From Batkoa obscura (taxonomy: Eukaryota): DNA of 64,000 bases. The notes beneath the pieces were generated by a model that saw nothing but the letters and a program-made list of their open reading frames with translations, did no database searches and was not told the DNA's origin. Shown here piece after piece: positions 28,433-38,339 of the stretch. Each line of letters begins with the position of its first letter. Positions within the stretch are counted from its first letter, which is position 1. The stretch is taken from positions 682,001 through 746,000 of the forward strand of contig JASVEC010000010.1 of the NCBI GenBank assembly GCA_030770535.1, given 5' to 3'. The position numbers were made by a program, and so were the translations under genes.

Positions 28433-28972
28433 TCAGTATCCGTATCCTGAGTTATATCCTGAGTTATATCCTGAGTTATATCCTGAGTTGTATCCTGGTT
28501 TATTACCAGCACCTACTCCTACTCCAGCACCTACTCCTAATAATGGATTGCCACCTACTCCTACTCCTACTCCAGCGCCTACTCCTAATAATGGATTGCC
28601 ACCTACTCCTACTCCTACTCCAGCGCCTACTCCTAATAATGGATTGCCACCTACTCCTACTCCTACTCCAGCGCCTACTCCTAATAATGGATTGCCACCT
28701 ACTCCTACTCCTACTCCAGCGCCTACTCCTAATAATGGATTGCCACCTACTCCTACTCCTACTCCAGCACCTACTCCTACTCCATTACCACTTGATCCTG
28801 AACCATATCCTGGGTTTGAACCATATCCTGAACCATATCCTGGTTTACCTCCTAAACCTAAACCTAAGCCTAAATCTACTCCTAATCCAAGGGTATTAGC
28901 TTCACGTTTGTTTAAAGTTGGAGCAGCGGTAATGAAGGAAGCAATAGCAAGACTAATGATGAATTTATTCAT
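28433..28972 (-). CDS. Secreted Gly-rich (GV)n repeat protein 4 with Kex2 site (179 aa from MNKF start)
   Basis: Signal peptide, [10 protein letters not shown], five [16 protein letters not shown] units, four GYNS units; the family start ATG is at 28972, not the upstream near-cognate start. Confidence 0.9.
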   Translation of the reverse strand: MNKFIISLAIASFITAAPTLNKREANTLGLGVDLGLGLGLGGKPGYGSGYGSNPGYGSGSSGNGVGVGAGVGVGVGGNPLLGVGAGVGVGVGGNPLLGVGAGVGVGVGGNPLLGVGAGVGVGVGGNPLLGVGAGVGVGVGGNPLLGVGAGVGVGAGNKPGYNSGYNSGYNSGYNSGYGY

Positions 28973-29166
28973 TTTAAGAGATAATTTATATTTAATATAA
29001 TGTATTTGTATTTGTATTTGTATTTTGATAATTTTTTTGATCAATTCATCTACATATTTATACCTTTTAATATTCCTAGTAAAGCTAGTAGCATAATTTT
29101 AACTTTTTATTTTTAGTTTTTGGCTTTTAAGCAACTTTTAAGTAACTTTTAAGGCTTCAAAGCATA

Positions 29167-29260
29167 TATGAGTGTTTTTTGGCTTCATCAATTTTTCCTT
29201 TTTCGAGCAATATTGAGCAGGAAAAAATTAGTAGGTTTCTTAGACAAAAATAGATATCCG
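29167..29260 (-). mobile_element. GGGG-MITE copy, degenerate
   Basis: GTGTTTTTTGGCTTCATCA...TTGAGCAGGAAAAAATTAGTAG recognisable; ends eroded. Confidence 0.6.
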
Positions 29261-30560
29261 TATATTTAATTTTAAAAATATTAATTATAATTTTTTAATA
29301 TAATTTTATGGTGCTTTGCTTAACAGCTTATTTTATCTTAAAAATGATTTGGTTTTTATATTATTACTATAAGTTTTATTTTTACAAATCCCTATAAATT
29401 ACTTATTACTATGTTATAATAACAATGCTACACAAATACTTCTATAGATATATCACATCAGTATTAAACCAAATTATAAGACTGTATCTTATTTTCAAGT
29501 ACTTAGCCTTATTATGCTTCATATTTTATTTTTATCTGCTTTAAAGGCTGGTCGTTTTAACAAGTACATTTATTTTAAACTAAAAATAGAGTATAGTTTA
29601 TATTCTAACTATATCAAAAATTTACACTGATCACTTTTTTGTTATTAGATAAATACCATATTTAGCTAATATTTATTTTGACAATTTAAAATTAATTAGT
29701 AGGAATCCTTTTCTACTCTTGCTATCTTGCATTAAATTAATCGAAAATTAGCCATTTTTTATGAAGCTTGATTTTTCAACTGAGAAATATTTTGATTAAC
29801 TTTAGGGCCATTGGCATTAAATGCGATAAACTTTATGCTATGGAGCCTTTAATAGCTTTATAGAAATACTTGTTTTTAGCTTCCTAATTTAGTTATATAT
29901 AAAAATTTTGGGCTTGAAAGATAACTGTAATACTGAAATGAGTACAGGTATCTCTCCAAATTGTAAAGAATAGTAGCCAACTTTTTAACTAGAAAAGATC
30001 TGAAAAATCAAAAATAATCTATACTTGTTTTGATTTACTCCTTCATCCCATCTTAATAGAATATTTATAACTATTACATTCCTAATATTTTTTTAAAAAT
30101 TGTTGCAAAAAATCATAATTTGACTAATATCACTTAGCTTAAAAGAATAGAAAATTAATAAACAAGTATAAAACTCAATTCATATTAAATTCAACCAAAT
30201 TTTGATGTATTTTTATTTTTACTTTTTTTCAATATTGCCTTTTAAATATAAAGAGGTCTTTTTCAATTTTTCAATTTTTCAATTTTCAAGTACCATTGAA
30301 GGGGAGAAAATTATTAGTAATTCTTAAAGACATGCCCATAATCTAGATAAACAAAATGTTGTATAAGTTTGAAAAATGTTAGCATAAAACAATTTAAATA
30401 TAATTCGTAACATATACTATAACAATAAAAAGAAATTTAACACTCAGGTATACTTTGCATAATCCTTCTAATAATCTTGAAAGTAGTTTATTATAAATAA
30501 GATAGTTGATTGAATTGTGATTGAGTAAAATCAAAGTCCAATCTTAGCACCTAAATTAGT

Positions 30561-31016
30561 TCAGTATCCGTATCCTGAGTTATATCCTGAGTTATATCCT
30601 GAGTTATATCCTGAGTTATATCCTGAGTTGTATCCTGGTTTATTACCAGCACCTACTCCTACTCCAGCACCTACTCCTAATAATGGATTGCCACCTACTC
30701 CTACTCCTACTCCAGCGCCTACTCCTAATAATGGATTGCCACCTACTCCTACTCCTACTCCAGCGCCTACTCCTAATAATGGATTGCCACCTACTCCTAC
30801 TCCTACTCCAGCACCTACTCCTACTCCATTACCACTTGATCCTGAACCATATCCTGGGTTTGAACCATATCCTGAACCATATCCTGGTTTACCTCCTAAA
30901 CCTAAACCTAAGCCTAAATCTACTCCTAATCCAAGGGTATTAGCTTCACGTTTGTTTAAAGTTGGAGCAGCGGTAATGAAGGAAGCAATAGCAAGACTAA
31001 TGATGAATTTATTCAT
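30561..31016 (-). CDS. Secreted Gly-rich (GV)n repeat protein 5 (151 aa), near-identical to protein 4
   Basis: Three 16-aa units and five GYNS units; otherwise the same protein sequence as protein 4. Confidence 0.9.
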   Translation of the reverse strand: MNKFIISLAIASFITAAPTLNKREANTLGLGVDLGLGLGLGGKPGYGSGYGSNPGYGSGSSGNGVGVGAGVGVGVGGNPLLGVGAGVGVGVGGNPLLGVGAGVGVGVGGNPLLGVGAGVGVGAGNKPGYNSGYNSGYNSGYNSGYNSGYGY

Positions 31017-31234
31017 TTTAAGAGATAATTTATATTTAATATAATGTATTTGTATTTGTATTTGTATTTTGATAATTTTTTTGATCAATTCATCTACATA
31101 TTTATACCTTTTAATATTCCTAGTAAAGCTAGTAGCATAATTTTAACTTTTTATTTTTAGTTTTTGGCTTAAGTAATTTCTAAGATCTCAAGCCATTGTC
31201 TAATTTTAACTACTGAGTCGTAATTTAACTGTCT

Positions 31235-31319
31235 AGGACTGTTTTGATTTTATTACTTTGTATTTTTTAAGCACTGTTGAGTAGAAAATAGTAGTTAATT
31301 TCTTAAAAAAAACGCCCTC
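31235..31319 (-). mobile_element. GGGG-MITE copy, highly degenerate
   Basis: TTTTAAGCACTGTTGAGTAGAAAA core and CCTC end. Confidence 0.5.
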
Positions 31320-31617
31320 ATCTATTTTTTATTTGGTACTATGCACTATGCTAGATGAATTTTATCATGCTAATGTTTCTATAAATTTTATTTCTGTACA
31401 TTCTTAAATGCTTTATAACATAATTTTTAATAAATGTAGTATATCACTTTCTTTGCAATTACATTTTTAGATCACATTAAAGCCTGACATCGTTTTTCAA
31501 TATGAATTTAATATTTTTGCGTTTCATAAATTAAATTAACCTCTAAACCAGGTAGGTTAAGCTAACTACATTTATTTTCAGCTAAAAATAAAACATTACT
31601 GAACTTTTTTTGTATAT

Positions 31618-31715
31618 GAAGATGTTTTTTTTGACTTCATCACTTTTTCCATTTTCTAAGTGCTATTTGAGCAGAAGGATTGTTAGTAAAATTGTTAACA
31701 AAAAATACATCCTTC
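31618..31715 (-). mobile_element. GGGG-MITE copy
   Basis: ATAT flanks; termini read GAAG...CTTC. Confidence 0.85.
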
Positions 31716-32301
31716 ATATGCTGATAATCATGAAAATTCTATTTGGCTGTTATTCTTTTATATTAGACAATTTCTCTTTTTGACATATGTTATTTAACAA
31801 TTTATAAAAATGTTTCTAATCAGTTTCTTATGTTAATTTAATATTACTTATCTGATTTTTAAGCTAAATTTTGCACATAAAAAAAGCCCATTTGATTGAA
31901 TGAAGCATTTGTATCAAATACATCTATTACAGGCCTTTCACGAAACTTTTAACTATTGATTTAAGAGTATTACTTATCCTTATAGTTCACCAAATAGAAG
32001 TAACAGCTTTTAAAAAAAATCAGCTATATAACTTATTTACTATAAAAATACTTACTAAATAGTTCGCAAAAGAACTGCAACAGCCGGATTCAAAAGAGAT
32101 TTTCAAAGCCTTTGGTAACTATTCTACAACTGTTTAGGGTCTAACATTAGATATTTAACATAAACAATAATAAAGAAAATATATCAAGGTCATGAAGGGT
32201 ATTAGCTTAAAAATAGTAGTGATCTGGATATTCAATTCGTAGTTTCTAAAAAAGTTTGAAAAGATCTAATTAAATCTCTATTACCTTTTAAAATTTGTTA
32301 A

Positions 32302-32505
32302 CCACTTGAGTACTGTGAACGAATATTGTTCGCCAATCTTGGATTAAAATTTGATTGTGGTGAACATTGCTCCACCCCCATGATTGAAGCTAAATTAACC
32401 CTTTAAATATTGAGTTTAAAAAAAACTGAGCCAATTGGTGTAAAATCTATTAGAAATCATGATCCCGTCAAACAGGATTTTTTGAAGTGTCTGGCACTCA
32501 AAAGG
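32302..32505. mobile_element. Candidate piggyBac-type MITE
   Basis: TTAA-CCACTTGAGTAC ... GCACTCAAAAGG-TTAG; 9 of 12 terminal bases match as an inverted repeat. Confidence 0.4.
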
Positions 32506-33083
32506 TTAGTAAGACAATACTATCACCTTGAAAATTATAGCTAAAAAGTGAATTATTAGAAAATAAATATTATATTAAGATTATTAGCCTCAAGATAAAA
32601 TGTTAAAATAAAAATAGCTATAAATTTGATTTTGCGTTCTGTTAAATTTTACATTATTATTTAAAAATATTAAGTTATTATGATACAATTATCATTTCGA
32701 ACTAATCAACTTTCATTTTCAATAAACTTTATTACTCCTTTTAATACTAAGTCCAAAGTGATTAAGTTTTCAAATTTCAATCTAAATTCCTTCGAAACTT
32801 TTTATCAATACTTAGCTGCCATTAAAACCATAACACTTATATTATATTGCAAATTTCGTATCAAATAAAAGAATGAATAGCTAGATATACTATTTTATCC
32901 TTTATGATAAATGTACTATTCACTTTCAGTTAGATTATAAAAAGTGCTACACTTTTATATGTTAACTATCAAAAAATCAAGCTTTAAAAGTGAACGCTAG
33001 AACTATAGGGATAGTTTTTAGACATGTTATATAATTTTAACTATTTAAATATAATTATAAAAAATAAATAGATTTGACTATAT

Positions 33084-33180
33084 GGGGATATATTTTCGTG
33101 TTTAAGAATTTTACTAACAGGTTTTCCACCTAAATAGCGCTTAAAAAATGGAAAAAGCAATGAAGTTAAAAAACACTCCT
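33084..33180 (+). mobile_element. GGGG-MITE copy just past the 3' end of Gly-rich protein 6
   Basis: ATAT flanks. Confidence 0.85.
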
Positions 33181-33229
33181 ATATCTTTATTTCAAATAGA
33201 ATAAGTAGTTGAGTTGTAATTAGATAAAA

Positions 33230-33733
33230 TTAAAGTCGAATACTAAGTAAAGTTCCTTTGTTATTGTTTGTACCATACCCTGAGTTATATTCTGAATTAT
33301 ATCCTGAATTATATCCTGAATTATATCCTGAGTTATATCCTGATTCATGCTCTGGTTCGCCTCCTAAACCTAAACCTAAACCTGTACCTAAGTCTACTCC
33401 TACTCCTAACCCAAGGGTATCACTTTCACGCTTAACTAAAGCAGGATATCTTGGGTTTGAATCTGGTCCATACCCTGGTTTTGAACCATGCCCTGAATTG
33501 GAATCATATTCTGGTTTTGAACCATGTTCTGTTTTATATCCTGAGTTACGCCCTGACTTATGTCCTGACTTATATCCTGACTTATGTCCTGACTTCCCTC
33601 CTAACCCTAAACCCAAGCCTAAATCTACACCAACTCCTACACCTAAACCGAGGGTATTAGCCTCATGCTTATTTAAAGTTGGCACAGCAGCGATAAAAGA
33701 TACAATGGCAAGATTAATGATTAATTTGTTCAT
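33230..33733 (-). CDS. Secreted Gly-rich protein 6, two-unit precursor with internal Kex2 site
   Basis: Signal peptide, PTLNKH-EAN, then internal PALVKR-ESD-TLGLGVGVDLG; GHKS and GYNS tetrapeptide repeats. Confidence 0.88.
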   Translation of the reverse strand: MNKLIINLAIVSFIAAVPTLNKHEANTLGLGVGVGVDLGLGLGLGGKSGHKSGYKSGHKSGRNSGYKTEHGSKPEYDSNSGHGSKPGYGPDSNPRYPALVKRESDTLGLGVGVDLGTGLGLGLGGEPEHESGYNSGYNSGYNSGYNSEYNSGYGTNNNKGTLLSIRL

Positions 33734-33977
33734 TTTTAAGATATGATATTAATTTAATATGAAATAAATTTATTTTTAATTTAATAGTTATTTGGTAGAG
33801 TTATCAGAGTATTTATATCTCTGATTGTACTCAGTGAAATTAAATGTTTTAATTTTTTTTTAATTTTTAGTTTTATTCTTAGTTTCTAATTATCCTTTAA
33901 GGCCCCAAGTTATATTTATTTTTATATACTAAAGTGTATATTTAAATATCCTTTATTCCATTTATTATAGATGATAT

Positions 33978-34072
33978 GGGGATGCTTTTTTTGATTTCAT
34001 TACTTCTCTGTTTTTTAAGCACTATTTGAGTAGGAAGATTGTTAGCAAAATTAAACAAAAAAATACACCCTC
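33978..34072 (-). mobile_element. GGGG-MITE copy
   Basis: ATAT flanks. Confidence 0.85.
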
Positions 34073-34579
34073 ATATATTGAATTTCTTTCGTTATTGATA
34101 TGTCTTTATAGATTTCATTTCTATATACCCTTATACTATTCTTATTGTATTATTTGAGTAAGACTAGTAACCTAATAGTTCTATTATTATAGCATATTAT
34201 AAAGTATATTCAAAGTACAGCTTTATTATTCCATTTTAACATTTATTTATTTTATGTTTCATAGCTAATTTTAACTTGCTTTAGAACGCAAGTTGATTTA
34301 TTAACTAGCAACTATTTTCATTTAAAAAATAAACTATTATTGAAATTTTATGTATAATTTAATAGCAAACAATATTTTAATTTCAAGTATTGTTAGTTTT
34401 ACATTAGATGATTACTATATTTGATCACCTCTTTATCAAAGTTGATTTTTTAACCCTCAATGCTATTTTTTTAAACGGTTTTCTAAGCTTATTTTAAGTA
34501 AACATTAGTACTTTTATTTTATATTAACATTTGCATTGAAATTTTTTATTTTAATTAGCATTTATATTTAATAGAATTT

Positions 34580-34679
34580 GGGTGTGTGTTTTTTACTTCA
34601 TCGCTTTTTCCATCTTTTAAGGGCTATTTTAGTAAAAAAAAATTGTTAGTAAAGCTCATAAATATAAAAATACATCCCC
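34580..34679 (-). mobile_element. GGGG-MITE copy with ATTT target duplication
   Basis: ATTT at 34576-34579 and 34680-34683. Confidence 0.85.
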
Positions 34680-35971
34680 ATTTGAAGATTCTATTTTAGA
34701 ACCTCTAATAACTTTTTTAAAGATAATGCATCAACATTAGAAAGGGTATTATTATTTTTTAAATGATAACTAAACTTATGTGTTATGAAAAGGTTCCAAG
34801 ATAGTCAAAGAATTTGATTAAATCTTAATTAACTTTTTTATTTGACATTAATAAAACACTTGACATTACCAATTTGAGAATTCTATTGAAATAAGTACAT
34901 TTATTAAAAGAAATAGATTGAGCAAAGTTATCAGTTTAAAATATACAAAAGTTCAGCAATAGGAGTGTTAAAGTTTATCTCATTTTAAATGAAAGTTTCG
35001 ATTATTATTTCTAAACACGATATTATTTTAATATAAATAATAGTTTCAATTAAGAGGTTTTTTATTAAAATTAAATTTTATGATTTTTTTCAAAAATTTA
35101 AGTTTCAACTTTTAATATCTTTTTAACAATTGATAATTTTCAAATAAGACATATCATCCAAGTGAATTATAGTAAAATACTTATTAAGTCATTAATATTA
35201 AAAAAAGTAATATTTGTTTCCTATTAAGATATTTTAAAATAATAGAATCGATAACTCATAATACTATTATTATCAAAAAGTTTGATATCTAAGATAAATG
35301 CTTTTAAAGCCAATAATATATTTAATAAGCAGTCTTTAAATATAATCACTATTCTTTACATATAAAAATTTAGTGTTAGCAACTTTGAAATTTTATTTTT
35401 ACATATTATATTAAAATGTAATTCAGTTTGTTACTCTGTTAATTCTAAGTTCTAAATTCTAAATTGAGTGGTTTTTAGGATCAAATAAATATTATGGTTG
35501 AATAAAAAACTGTATATTTCAAATTAGCTGCTTACTTTAAATAAAGACTTAATTTAAACTCAAACTTGTTATTTATTTATAAAATTTAAAGAGTAAAAGA
35601 GAAAACGAGTATTACAAAATAACAATCTAAATAAATTGTTGAGATATATACAATAGTAACTGTCTAATTATATTATCTAACTATTGATTTAGAATTTGAA
35701 CTTTAGTTTTCTTGAAATTTCCTTTGAATTCAATCCCAATTTTCGATTCAAAAGGTTCCCATAATGTTTTAATCCAAATCAATCAATCGATCTGAATAGA
35801 GCTAAATTTTATTTAATTGGCTAAATTTTAGTCCTAAGCTTAGTTCTATCCCACAACGAAAATATAAAAGTATATTTCTTAGGTAAGGTCAGTATATTTG
35901 TATTTAGCAACTAAATTTGTTCGCTCCTAAATCAAGTATATAATGTAAGTTAATTTCTTTACCTATGTCTC

Positions 35972-36058
35972 TGTATGTGATGATACCTATTCAACCATAG
36001 AACTAATTATATGATCATTAATGATTTCAATCTTTTACATGCATCACCAACTGAGGAT
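35972..36058 (+). ncRNA. snR55: Box C/D snoRNA, snR55/U33-like (18S Um1269, yeast numbering)
   Basis: C box GTGATGA 35977-35983, D box CTGA 36051-36054; guide CATGCATCACCA pairs with conserved 18S UGGUGGUGCAUG (one G-U); the +5 rule gives the U. Confidence 0.8.
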
Positions 36059-36195
36059 TATTATGATAGTCAAATACTTAATTGATCATTTTACTAATTT
36101 AATTTTATTAGATGTTAAACACAGACATTATTATTATACTGTCATGATGATTAAATGGTAAGTAAAATGTTTCATTTAAATTGAGAATAGAATGT

Positions 36196-36288
36196 TGGCG
36201 TTGATGAATGCAATTAACCATAGAACTAAGAATCTAATGAGAGCAATCACTAATGATTACAATTCAATGCATGCACCACTCTGAGCCA
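36196..36288 (+). ncRNA. snR40: Box C/D snoRNA, snR40/U32-like (18S Gm1271)
   Basis: C box TGATGA 36202-36207, D box 36281-36284, terminal stem TGGC/GCCA; guide CATGCACCAC pairs with 18S GUGGUGCAUG; the +5 rule gives the G two nt 3' of the snR55 site. Confidence 0.8.
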
Positions 36289-36379
36289 GATTCTATTTAA
36301 TTTAAATAATTTTATATTAAACATTATATTAATCTTATTTTATTAGATGTAAGTAATAATTTCAATTCTTATTCTATTC

Positions 36380-36480
36380 ATCAAAATGATGAAAAGATTT
36401 GAGCACTGGGCTCTGAGTAGTTCTGAAGATAAGCTCTATATTCCTATCCAAAGACATTCAAACCGGATAGTTACTGATAT
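36380..36480 (+). ncRNA. snR76: Box C/D snoRNA, snR76/SNORD88-like (25S Cm2197)
   Basis: C box ATGATGA 36386-36392, D' CTGA 36413-36416, D CTGA 36474-36477; guide GAGCACTGGGC pairs with 25S GCCCAGUGCUC; the loop GACATTCA of the CTATCC/GGATAG hairpin pairs with adjacent UGAAUGUC. Confidence 0.8.
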
Positions 36481-36598
36481 TTCTATTAATATCATTAATT
36501 TTTATTGAGAATATCATTCTAATTTATACTCATTAGATTATCAATTACAATTCAAATGTAATAAGGTAGGTACTTATTTCGACTTTTAATTTTTTAAT

Positions 36599-36682
36599 TT
36601 TGTGTGATGATTGATTTTCTGTCAGTTCTGCTTCTGATGCAAGTATGAAGCTAATAAATCTCTTACCAAATTATCTGATGAA
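36599..36682 (+). ncRNA. snR61: Box C/D snoRNA, snR61/U38-like (25S Am1133)
   Basis: C box GTGATGA 36604-36610, D' CTGA 36634-36637, D CTGA 36675-36678; guide GTCAGTTCTGCTT pairs with 25S AAGCAGAACUGGC. Confidence 0.8.
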
Positions 36683-36813
36683 TTGAATTTTTATTAACTA
36701 TTATTCTTGAATAATTTATTAATCTTCTATTATAGATATCCTAATATAGTTTGAAACTAAACATAATGACTCATAACTCTTCAATGTAAGTATTTAATCT
36801 AATTCTATGTTAA

Positions 36814-36884
36814 TTCAAATGATGATCAATTCCGTGTTTCACCTGAAACTTTAATGATTACTAACCCCTTTTCAACCTGATTTT
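36814..36884 (+). ncRNA. Box C/D snoRNA targeting 25S UGAAACACGGA (U18 region; register resembles vertebrate SNORD126)
   Basis: C box ATGATGA 36819-36825, guide TCCGTGTTTCA 36831-36841, D' CTGA 36843-36846, C' ATGATTA, D CTGA 36877-36880. Confidence 0.8.
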
Positions 36885-37259
36885 ATCTATTCAATATAGT
36901 TATCTAAGATAATGTATACTAATTATTGTCATTTAGGCCTTATTGGTATGCTACTAACCGACAACCTTAATGGTTTTGATTAATTTATCAAAAATAAATA
37001 TATTTATTGTTTATTTTTTATGTTCTATTTTCATAATTAAGTCCTTACATGTATATATCTTTTTATTAAAATTTTCCAATATTTCATTTATAAAAATAAA
37101 ACTTATTTTTCCACAGCTTTAATAATGGTGTAAAAAATCCATTCAAATGTAGCAACTATTTGGTTTATTTAATTTTCCATTTTTCAAGCGTAAAAGTTGA
37201 ACAGATTATTAACTAAATTAATAAAAACATCTTATCAGTATGTTTGATACTCAATATAT

Positions 37260-37330
37260 GGGGGGATGTTTTTTTAGCTTCACTTTTTTCATCTTTTAAG
37301 TGTTATTTGAGCAGAAAAATTGTTAGTAAA
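37260..37330 (-). mobile_element. GGGG-MITE copy, truncated
   Basis: One terminus plus interior, stops after TTGTTAGTAAA. Confidence 0.75.
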
Positions 37331-37740
37331 CTGTCAGAACCCATTTTTATACAATTTTATTATATAAGAGTGTGTTTTTTTGTTTGAAGATGCATAGAAA
37401 TAAAAAATCTATTGCAAATAAAAACTTGTTTTTTGAATTAGAAGACCAGTTACTTAGAAGAATCTAATAGGCTAAAAGGTAGTATTAAGTTTATAAATCC
37501 TAAAAAATAGGCAGCTATCTCTATCTTCTAAAATGAGCCTATATTGTAAATTCAACTTGGATAAAGATAATTGAGATAATAGCATAAATATTCATCAAAG
37601 GTTAGATCAAAAGCTAAATTAATAATAGTCCACATTTATTACTTAAGATAAAATTACTTCTTTGAGACTGTTTCTAAAAGTTAGTATACTTAATTTATAG
37701 TCTTTATAGCTTTTTTACTAAACTCAAAGCTTGGCCATAT

Positions 37741-37838
37741 GAGGATGTATTTTTGTGTTTAAGAATTTCACTAACAATTTTTCTACCCAAATAGTACTTA
37801 AAAGATAGAAAAAATAATAAAGCCAAAAAAACACTCCC
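37741..37838 (+). mobile_element. GGGG-MITE copy
   Basis: ATAT flanks. Confidence 0.88.
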
Positions 37839-38339
37839 ATATAAATTTTTTTGCTTTCCCCTCTTTTTTATTAATAATTTTTTTAGAATAATTTCAATAG
37901 CATATTTTAAATATAACAAAAAGAGTTAGAGGATCATTTAAGAAAATTGGAATTCTGATTACTAATAATAGTAATAGTAATAGTTATTTTTAAAAAACTA
38001 AACTTTGATTTTAGTAATATAATAAAATGGGTGCATAATCAACAAAATTAAAAAATTGACAAAACTACGATTTTTGAAAACTTGGCATTAAGTACTTGTA
38101 CTTGACTACAAAATTTTCAAAGTCAAAAATTTATCCCTAAATTAATATAATTACTCCAACTAACAATTGTAATTCAGGGTGGGTTTTACTTAGCAAAAGT
38201 ATGTATATACAAAATTATTACTATTACATATCAATAGCTCATCCTATAAATACTCCAACTTAACTCTCATAATAGTTATCAAAAAATAATTATTATTATC
38301 ATCTAATACTTAATAGCATCTATAATATAGTTCATTAAA

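Larger units (their letters stand above)
35900..37000 (+). ncRNA. Non-coding spliced snoRNA host gene; introns 35945-36111, 36158-36346, 36349-36536, 36566-36735, 36786-36936
   Basis: Five GTAAGT/GTAGGT...TAG introns, each with one C/D cassette; short exons without a useful ORF; AATAAA near 36995. Transcript ends are approximate. Confidence 0.85.

Noticed and set aside
28488..29000. Pro/Thr-rich antisense ORFs (also 30628-31044, 33258-33746) and LNLNL/LLLL ORFs over the Gly-rich genes
   Set aside because: Shadows of GGN-rich repeats; no signal peptide, and the opposite strand has the conserved family start.
28973..29044. N-terminal extension MIKKIIKIQIQIQ of proteins 4 and 5
   Set aside because: Non-ATG start spanning a (CAAATA)n 5' UTR repeat; paralogues start at MNK.
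36438..36466. ATATTCCTA ... AAACC resembling snR30/U17 m1 and m2 motifs
   Set aside because: Lies inside a C/D snoRNA, overlaps its CTATCC/GGATAG stem, and has no H/ACA structure.
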